From NCBI GenBank assembly GCA_040753015.1, contig JBFMHM010000001.1, positions 211,157 to 275,156 of the forward strand: a stretch of 64,000 nucleotides of DNA, given 5' to 3'. Every line of letters starts with the position of its first letter. Within the stretch, counting starts at the first letter, position 1. The notes under the pieces were generated by a model. The model worked only from the letters and a program-made list of their open reading frames with translations, was not told the DNA's origin and searched no databases. Both the position numbers and the translations under genes were made by a program. Origin of the DNA: Candidatus Omnitrophota bacterium. GTDB lineage: Bacteria; Omnitrophota; Gorgyraeia; Gygaellales; JBFMHM01. Shown here in pieces: positions 57,638-64,000 of this stretch.

Positions 57638-57976
57638 TTAACTAGCTTTTTTATAAACTATTCTGCCGGTTGAAATTATTTCTGAAAGAAAAGATAAAGC
57701 ATTTGGCCTTCTAATTTCTTTCGGGGTATAGCCTAATGCTTCTATAGGCTCTTTAAGTGGGAATATTGCCTCGCCTAAAATTTCTTGACGCTTTAATAAA
57801 TTTTTACCATTAAAACTTGAAGATACAACAGCTATATCTATGTCGCTATAAGGCTTTTGTTTACCCTGCGCATAAGAACCAAACAGAATCAATTTATCTA
57901 CACTAATTCCGCGAGCCTGAAGAGAAGTCTTCAGTTTGTTAACTATCTGATTTATTTTATTTGACTTTTTAACCAT
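57638..57976 (-). CDS. Nucleotidyltransferase-domain protein (MNT partner of the HEPN protein)
   Basis: 112 aa. LILFGSYAQGKQKPYSDIDIAVV (GS...DxD). Overlaps the upstream HEPN gene by 25 nt. Confidence 0.8.
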   Translation of the reverse strand: MVKKSNKINQIVNKLKTSLQARGISVDKLILFGSYAQGKQKPYSDIDIAVVSSSFNGKNLLKRQEILGEAIFPLKEPIEALGYTPKEIRRPNALSFLSEIISTGRIVYKKAS

Positions 57977-58335
57977 TTTAATAAATTTTGCGTATCGTTT
58001 AAATATCTCTGAGCTGTTTCTTTAGTATATTGTTTAGCTATTTTCGATATATCTTCTGGGTATCTAGTTGGTATGCTTGTTTGATTCAAATGTGCAATAA
58101 TTTTTTGATGCCCCATAGGTATTTCGATATTAGCTAACTTTATTAAATAAAGTAAATCATGAGTTTTTGGGGGAACTTTTTTAATTACTTTGGCAACTAT
58201 CGCTTTAAGCAGTTTTTCCGTAGATAAATGGCACATAAATATGACATAAATATACCGCTTACCGTTAAACATTACCAAAGCAGTCTTTATATCATAATCG
58301 CTGCTTTTTATCCAATTATTAATCGCATCATTCAT
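57952..58335 (-). CDS. HEPN domain protein
   Basis: 127 aa. HEPN-like helical region with a KTHDL motif. Paired with the downstream nucleotidyltransferase. Confidence 0.7.
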   Translation of the reverse strand: MNDAINNWIKSSDYDIKTALVMFNGKRYIYVIFMCHLSTEKLLKAIVAKVIKKVPPKTHDLLYLIKLANIEIPMGHQKIIAHLNQTSIPTRYPEDISKIAKQYTKETAQRYLNDTQNLLKWLKSQIK

Positions 58336-58341
58336 AGAGCA

Positions 58342-58369
58342 ATTATAACATCTGTTTTGGATTTTTCAA
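58342..58369 (-). promoter_or_regulatory. Candidate promoter TTGAAA-16-TATAAT for the HEPN/MNT pair, predicting a leaderless transcript
   Basis: Minus strand reads TTGAAAaatccaaaacagatgtTATAAT. The -10 ends 6 nt before the HEPN ATG. Confidence 0.45.
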
Positions 58370-58429
58370 TGTTATTTATCAAAGATGTCGGCGTTTTACT
58401 CTCAACATACGGAATGTAAATGGGACTAT

Positions 58430-58448
58430 GCATTTAGTAATACTAAAT
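58430..58448. promoter_or_regulatory. Palindromic putative operator catttagtaatactaaatg upstream of the HEPN/MNT pair
   Basis: Perfect 8-bp arms with a 3-bp spacer. A second half-site copy catttagtaat lies at 58473-58483. Confidence 0.35.
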
Positions 58449-58496
58449 GTCAATTAAAATTATCATTTAGTAATTAGAGGGAATTTTAATAAGACA

Positions 58497-59207
58497 TTAA
58501 GAAGCTGAATCTATCGCGGCTTTTAACGTAAACTTTTGTTCATACAAGGCCTTGCCAACAATTACGCCAAAAAGCCCTTTTATTTTGTTTAAATTTTTGA
58601 TGTCTTCCAAGCTAGACACACCACCCGAGGCAATCACTGACATCTTGGTTGCCTTAACTAGGTTATCAATTGCCTCAATATTTGGTCCAGAAAGCATACC
58701 ATCGCGAGAAATATCAGTATAAATAATTGTTTTAACTCCGACATTCTCTAGCTCTTTAATAAAACTATTAATTGTGATATCCGTGTCTTTAAGCCATCCA
58801 TTTATTTTTAGCTTATCGAAATCTGCATCAAGGCCAACAACAATTCTTTCTTTAAATTCTAAGACTACATCTTTTAGGAAATTTTTATCAATTGCTTTTG
58901 TACCTAAAATTACACGAGAAATTCCCGCGTCCATTACTTTCTTAATTGCTTCTTTTGTCCTAAGGCCTCCGCCAAACTCAACTGGTATATTTAAATTTTT
59001 AGCAATCTCAATTACCAAAGCTAAATTTTTTGGTTCACCGGTAAATGCTCCATCTAAATCAACAATATGAATTAACTTTGCGCCTTGCGCCTGCCAATCT
59101 AAAGCTACGTTAAGAGGGCTATCAGAGTAAATCTTCTTATCAAACTGTCCTTTTGCGTATCTAACTACAACACCGTCTTTTAAATCAATTGCGGGAATAA
59201 TAATCAT
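58497..59207 (-). CDS. hisA: 1-(5-phosphoribosyl)-5-[(5-phosphoribosylamino)methylideneamino]imidazole-4-carboxamide isomerase
   Basis: 236 aa. IIPAIDLKDG, VDLDGA, SGGVSS motifs. Confidence 0.9.
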   Translation of the reverse strand: MIIIPAIDLKDGVVVRYAKGQFDKKIYSDSPLNVALDWQAQGAKLIHIVDLDGAFTGEPKNLALVIEIAKNLNIPVEFGGGLRTKEAIKKVMDAGISRVILGTKAIDKNFLKDVVLEFKERIVVGLDADFDKLKINGWLKDTDITINSFIKELENVGVKTIIYTDISRDGMLSGPNIEAIDNLVKATKMSVIASGGVSSLEDIKNLNKIKGLFGVIVGKALYEQKFTLKAAIDSAS

Positions 59208-59806
59208 AATTCAATAAAATTCTTTAGTATTTTTAATCCTAATGCTTGGCTCTTTTCCGGATGGAATTGAATACCAAATAGGTTATCTTTTATAATAACC
59301 GCGGGAAAATTAATACCATAATTTGATCTAGCAAAAACTAATTTTTTGTCTTTAGGTGCTACGTAGTAAGAATGACAAAAATAAAAAAAACTAGTATTGG
59401 TAATACCATTAAAAAGAGGGTGCATTTTTGTTATTGCAATTTGATTCCAACCAATATGGGGAATTTTAACATTAGAAGGGAATTTTTTAACTTGGCCATG
59501 AAGTACGCCTAGCCCCTTCACGCCTTTTGCCTCTTGGCTTTTTTCGAATAGAACTTGCAGCCCTAAACAAAGACCTAAAAATGGTTTATTATTGTTTATC
59601 TGGTCTTTAATTACTGGAATAAGACGAAGTTTTTTTAAATTATTAATTGCAGCACCAAATGCGCCTACGCCGGGAAAAACTAATTTTTTAGCGCATTCAA
59701 TATCTTTGATTTTATCTGTAATTATGATCTTTTCGTTTGTAATATGCTCAAGGGCTTTTGACACAGATCTTAAATTGCCCATACCATAATCAATAACTAC
59801 AATCAT
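59204..59806 (-). CDS. hisH: Imidazole glycerol phosphate synthase glutamine amidotransferase subunit
   Basis: 200 aa. Class I GATase (GLCLGLQ, HIGWN, FHPE). Confidence 0.9.
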   Translation of the reverse strand: MIVVIDYGMGNLRSVSKALEHITNEKIIITDKIKDIECAKKLVFPGVGAFGAAINNLKKLRLIPVIKDQINNNKPFLGLCLGLQVLFEKSQEAKGVKGLGVLHGQVKKFPSNVKIPHIGWNQIAITKMHPLFNGITNTSFFYFCHSYYVAPKDKKLVFARSNYGINFPAVIIKDNLFGIQFHPEKSQALGLKILKNFIEL

Positions 59807-60396
59807 AAATCAAGAACACCTTTTGTCGAAGGAACTTCTTTTCTGCGGCTGTCGATAGATATTGCCATAGACAAACTTAAAGCAAGCGACTTAAAAACTG
59901 CTTCGATGAAATGATGCGTATCACTCGAACCAAGGTCTTCAGCATAGGTTATATGCAAAGCAAGTTTGTTATGTGAAACAAACGATTCTAAAAATGTTTT
60001 AAAATCATGTGCTTTTAAATCTAAATTTTCGCTTATTGCAGGGATATTAAATTTTAAAAAAGGCCTGCCGCTTAAATCAATTGCTGTACTTACTAAAATT
60101 TCATCCATTGGCATTGTACTATAACCAAACCGTTTAATCCCTTTTGCCTCACCTATTGCTTTTTTAAATGCTTCGCCTAAAGTGATTCCAATATCTTCAA
60201 CAATATGATGCTGCAAATCTCCTTTTGCAGAAAGCTTCAAATCGAAAAACCCGTGAAAGCAAAAAAGTGTCAGCATGTGGTCTAATGATTTAAAACCAGT
60301 ATCAATTTCTGACTTCCCTGTACCATCAATGTTTAATTTTACAGAGATATCTACTTCGTTAGTCTTTCTCTTTATTATTGCAATTCGTTTCTTCAT
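59803..60396 (-). CDS. hisB: Imidazoleglycerol-phosphate dehydratase
   Basis: 197 aa. HHIVEDIGI and histidine-rich metal-binding motifs. Confidence 0.9.
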   Translation of the reverse strand: MKKRIAIIKRKTNEVDISVKLNIDGTGKSEIDTGFKSLDHMLTLFCFHGFFDLKLSAKGDLQHHIVEDIGITLGEAFKKAIGEAKGIKRFGYSTMPMDEILVSTAIDLSGRPFLKFNIPAISENLDLKAHDFKTFLESFVSHNKLALHITYAEDLGSSDTHHFIEAVFKSLALSLSMAISIDSRRKEVPSTKGVLDL

Positions 60397-61616
60397 AAAA
60401 ACCTCTCTTTTACTGATTGAAGATGCTTAGGTAACCCTTCAATACAAGCTAACTTTTCTAATGGCTCTCTTATTTTCTCCAGTGCCTTTTTTGAATAAGA
60501 AATTATATGCGATGATTTCATAAAATCTTGGATATTTAATGCAGAAAAAAACCTTGCTGTTCCACCTGTCGGTAAAACATGGCTAGGCCCTGCGATATAA
60601 TCTCCGATACAAACTGGGCTGTAGGGGCCCAAAAATATTGCTCCGGCATTTTTAACTTTTTTGATTAACGATGAAGGTATCGTTTTAATTAAAATTTGCA
60701 AATGCTCAGGGGCGATATCATTTGCAATTTTTATTGCCTCATCCAAATTTTTAGCAAAAATTGCATAACCAGAATCAATCTTACCTTTTAAATGTTTAAT
60801 TAAACTTTTCGATGTCGTAATTAAAACAGCTAATCCTCCGGCATGCTCCGCCTGCGAAAAAAGATCTGCCAAAACAAAGTTTTGTGGACTAAAGTTATTC
60901 GCAATTACTACAACCTCTGATGGCCCGGCAAGCATATCAATATCACAATAGCCAAAAAGCTGCCTCTTTGCTTCTGTTACAAAACGATTGCCTGGCCCAA
61001 AGATTTTATCTACTTTAGGAATAGTTTTGGTACCAAAAGCGAGCGCGGCAATACTTTGAGCCCCTCCAACTTTATATATTTCATTAACTTTAAGTAAATC
61101 ACTGACTACTAAAATATACGGATTTACAAACCCATCTTTTCCTGGAGGCGTAGTCAAAATAATCCTTTTAACACCGGCAATCTGAGCAGGTAAAACTGTC
61201 ATATAAACTGTAGAAAAAAGTGGCGCTGTTCCACTTGGTATATAAATACCAACTTTGTCTAGCGGGTTAAATATCTCCCCCAAAACAATACCGTCGCTAT
61301 CTTTCATCTTCCAAGGATGCTTAATTTGTTTTCTATAGAATTTTGTTACATTCTCAATAATTATTTTTAAAGTTGAAACAAAGTTTGGATCAATAGAATT
61401 ATAGGCAGCGCTTATTTCATTTTGCGAAACCTTCAAATTCTTAGATAATATTTTCACCTTATCAAATTTTTTTGTATATTTAGTTATCGCGTCATCGCCA
61501 TAAATCCTAACATCGCCGATAATTTTTTTAACACGCTCCCTGAGATGATCGCTCGTCACAAGGTTTCGATTAATAATTTTATTCCATTCCTGGCTTGAAG
61601 TTTTAATTACTTTCAT
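60393..61616 (-). CDS. hisD: Histidinol dehydrogenase
   Basis: 407 aa. SQAEHAGG region and AGPSEV motifs. In his operon context. Confidence 0.85.
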   Translation of the reverse strand: MKVIKTSSQEWNKIINRNLVTSDHLRERVKKIIGDVRIYGDDAITKYTKKFDKVKILSKNLKVSQNEISAAYNSIDPNFVSTLKIIIENVTKFYRKQIKHPWKMKDSDGIVLGEIFNPLDKVGIYIPSGTAPLFSTVYMTVLPAQIAGVKRIILTTPPGKDGFVNPYILVVSDLLKVNEIYKVGGAQSIAALAFGTKTIPKVDKIFGPGNRFVTEAKRQLFGYCDIDMLAGPSEVVVIANNFSPQNFVLADLFSQAEHAGGLAVLITTSKSLIKHLKGKIDSGYAIFAKNLDEAIKIANDIAPEHLQILIKTIPSSLIKKVKNAGAIFLGPYSPVCIGDYIAGPSHVLPTGGTARFFSALNIQDFMKSSHIISYSKKALEKIREPLEKLACIEGLPKHLQSVKERFL

Positions 61617-64000
61617 TGCTTACTCAATTTTTTTTCTATCGATTTTTGTATCGAATCTAAAGCTGCGTTTAGATTTTTTATTTCTTTGCCTCCGGCTTGA
61701 GCAAAATCATCCCTACCGCCGCCTGAACCGTTAATAAGGCTAGATACTTCTTTAATTAGACTAACAGCGCTTATCCCTTTATCTACTAGATCTTTCGTTA
61801 TAGCAATAACTAAAAATAAACCATCCATTTTTTTAGAGCTAAAAATAACTGCTCCCGAAGATACCTTCATTCTTGTTAAATCTACCAACCTACGCAACAT
61901 ATTAATATCTAAATCTTCAAAATTTTCTTTTATTATCCTGCTAGAATTTACCAATACTGCTTTATCCACATAGCTACCTACTTCTTTCTCATAAAATTTT
62001 AAATGAATAGAGTTTTTATTCTGTTCGATATTCTTAATTTTTATATTTAGGTCATTTATTACCTGGAGCAGTTCTCTTTCTCTTCTATCCTGCATTTCAA
62101 AACTCTTTCTGCCGGTCACAGCTTCAATCCTACGTATGCCTTTCGCCGAAGAACCTTCGCTAATGATTCTAAAACTACCAATAGATCCAGTACTATCTAA
62201 ATGCGTTCCACCGCAAAGTTCCTTTGAAAAATTAGAGATACTAACTACACGGACTTTCTCGCCATATTTTTCTTCAAAGAAAGCAAGCGCACCCTGTTTT
62301 TGCGCCTGCTTCAAAGATAAGTTCTTAGTAGCAACTTTATCATTATTCATAATTTTATCGTTAACTATCTCTTCAACACGTTTTGTTTCTTCTTCCGTTA
62401 ACGCCTTGAAATGAGTAAAATCAAAACGTAGATAATCGGAATCTACGAAAGAACCGGCTTGACGTACATGCTGACCTAACACTTTACGCAAGGCAAATTG
62501 CAATATATGGGTTGCTGTATGCGCGCGCCTACGGCTGGACCTTAAAACAACATCGATCTCTAAATTAACCGAGGTAGACCTCTTAAGGCTACCTTTTTCT
62601 AATTTACCTATATGTAAAATTATATCTGCAATTTTTTTTGTATCTAAAACTTTGAATTCGCAATTTTTATTATAAATTTTGCCCTGATCTCCCAGCTGTC
62701 CGCCGCTTTCAGGATAAAAACAGGTTTTATCTAAAATAAGGCTAACTTCTTCGCCGATATTAACTTCATTAATCAATTTATCACCTTTTAAAATACCTAA
62801 TAATTTAGAAGAAGACAACGCTTCATAATTATAACCTAGAAAGATGGTCGGTTTTATGCTAATAATTTTTTTATTTCCAAAGATATCTCCGGAAAATTTT
62901 GCTTTTTTCTTTGAACGCTCTTTCTGCTCATCTAAATAAATCTTAAATTCCGCCTCATCTAATATTATATTTTTATTTTTTAACCAGTCTTTTGTGATTT
63001 CAACTGGAATGCCATAAGTATCATATAAATTAAAAGCAATTAGGCCCGTGCCTTGTTGTCTAGTTACCCCTAAAAAACTCTCCTCTAGTAATCTCGCGGC
63101 TGTTTTAAGCGTATGATAAAAACTCTTTTCTTCGTGCTGTAGCAGCTGGCTTATATCTTCTTTCCTTTTGTCAATTTCCGGGTATGCGCCTTTCATCACA
63201 AGCCCTATAGTCGGAACAATCTTATATAGAAATGGCTTGTCAATTTTAATTTTTTTTGCCTCAAGAATTGCCTTACGAATTAACTTTCTAATTACATACC
63301 CCCTGTCTTCGCTCGAAGGAATCACGCCGTCACTAACAGCGAAAACGATCGCCCTTAAATGATCAGCGATTATGTTAAAGGATTCTCTTTTATCAATATA
63401 TTTAATCTTCGATTGTCTTTCCAATTCTTTAATCAACGGCTCAAAGATATCAATTTCAAAATTAGTAAATTTACCTTGCATTACAGATGCAATCCGCTCA
63501 AGGCCCATTCCAGTATCAATATTTTTGTTTGGTAACGGCTCTAATATTCCACCGTCTCTTCTATTAAACTGAGTAAATACTAAATTCCAAACTTCAACAA
63601 ACCTCTTGCTTGATTTTCCACAATTACATCCGGGCTTACAGCCTTTACCACAGCCAAAAGATTCTCCCCAATCAAAAAATATCTCTGAACATGGACCACA
63701 AGGACCATTTGGCCCATTTTTTATCGCATCTTGTGGCCAAAAATTATCGCTTGCGCCAAGCTTTACGATTTTTTCTTCGGGAATCTTTATAACGCTGTGC
63801 CAAATTTTATAAGCTTCGTCGTCCTCTAAATAAACCGAAACCCAAATATTATTAGGATTTATTTTTAATTCTTGTGTAAGAAATTCCCACGCCCAAGATA
63901 TCGCCTCTTTTTTAAAATAATCTCCAAAAGAAAAATTCCCCAACATTTCAAAAAATGTATGATGGGAAGGAGTCTTCCCCACTTTATCCAAATCATCAGT
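61613..64000 (-). CDS. alaS: Alanine--tRNA ligase (N-terminus lies beyond the window edge)
   Basis: FEMLGNFSFGDYFK, C-terminal editing domain HxxxH, DHHA1-like tail. The ORF runs to the window edge, so the gene is partial. Confidence 0.9.
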   Translation of the reverse strand, partial: TDDLDKVGKTPSHHTFFEMLGNFSFGDYFKKEAISWAWEFLTQELKINPNNIWVSVYLEDDEAYKIWHSVIKIPEEKIVKLGASDNFWPQDAIKNGPNGPCGPCSEIFFDWGESFGCGKGCKPGCNCGKSSKRFVEVWNLVFTQFNRRDGGILEPLPNKNIDTGMGLERIASVMQGKFTNFEIDIFEPLIKELERQSKIKYIDKRESFNIIADHLRAIVFAVSDGVIPSSEDRGYVIRKLIRKAILEAKKIKIDKPFLYKIVPTIGLVMKGAYPEIDKRKEDISQLLQHEEKSFYHTLKTAARLLEESFLGVTRQQGTGLIAFNLYDTYGIPVEITKDWLKNKNIILDEAEFKIYLDEQKERSKKKAKFSGDIFGNKKIISIKPTIFLGYNYEALSSSKLLGILKGDKLINEVNIGEEVSLILDKTCFYPESGGQLGDQGKIYNKNCEFKVLDTKKIADIILHIGKLEKGSLKRSTSVNLEIDVVLRSSRRRAHTATHILQFALRKVLGQHVRQAGSFVDSDYLRFDFTHFKALTEEETKRVEEIVNDKIMNNDKVATKNLSLKQAQKQGALAFFEEKYGEKVRVVSISNFSKELCGGTHLDSTGSIGSFRIISEGSSAKGIRRIEAVTGRKSFEMQDRRERELLQVINDLNIKIKNIEQNKNSIHLKFYEKEVGSYVDKAVLVNSSRIIKENFEDLDINMLRRLVDLTRMKVSSGAVIFSSKKMDGLFLVIAITKDLVDKGISAVSLIKEVSSLINGSGGGRDDFAQAGGKEIKNLNAALDSIQKSIEKKLSKQ

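Overview
This is a low-GC (roughly one-third G+C) bacterial chromosomal segment. Every recognisable gene, about 75 CDS and one tRNA, is on the minus strand. The plus-strand ORFs in the supplied track all sit inside and antisense to minus-strand genes, so I did not call them.

Reading 5-prime to 3-prime on the minus strand, the window holds:
- the C-terminal ~800 aa of alaS, followed by a his operon (hisD-B-H-A, then hisF-I) with a HEPN/MNT toxin-antitoxin pair inserted between hisA and hisF;
- a trpE/pabB-like gene, then rpsP, yajC and a secDF fusion;
- a short mfd, then surA-like, pdxA and ksgA;
- a FecR-like gene plus a CHASE2-GGDEF sensor diguanylate cyclase;
- a complete type IVa pilus locus: a small excisionase-type HTH gene, a pilM-pilN fusion, pilO, pilP, the pilQ secretin, pilB and pilC, a 396-bp AT-rich leader, and five tandem pilin genes;
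- a cassette region where two toxin-antitoxin modules (MntA/HepT and AbiEii plus partner) lie between three copies of a conserved pilin 5-prime segment, followed by two minor pseudopilins;
- tRNA-Ala(CGC), then rsmE, a MiaB-family methylthiotransferase, recG, rsmD, coaD, yceD, rpmF, plsX, fabH-D-G, acpP, fabF, leuC-D-B, asd, truA and a D-Ala-D-Ala carboxypeptidase;
- rplM-rpsI with a clear promoter and terminator;
- argC-J-B-D-F-G-H, then lysA, dapF, dapA, dapB, dapL, an unlisted folK with no canonical start codon, panC, nadX and an 81-aa internally duplicated basic protein.

The main hunt results are:
- the pilin-leader / toxin-antitoxin cassette array;
- a 28-bp perfect palindrome (GTAGAGACGCATTGCAATGCGTCTCTAC) present three times, twice translated in-frame;
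- heptanucleotide AAAAATC repeats inside lysA and argG;
- an element bounded by inverted repeats between dapA and dapB;
- a leaderless promoter and palindromic operator for the HEPN/MNT pair inside the his operon.

I had no search tools, so every product call is from motif recognition by eye.
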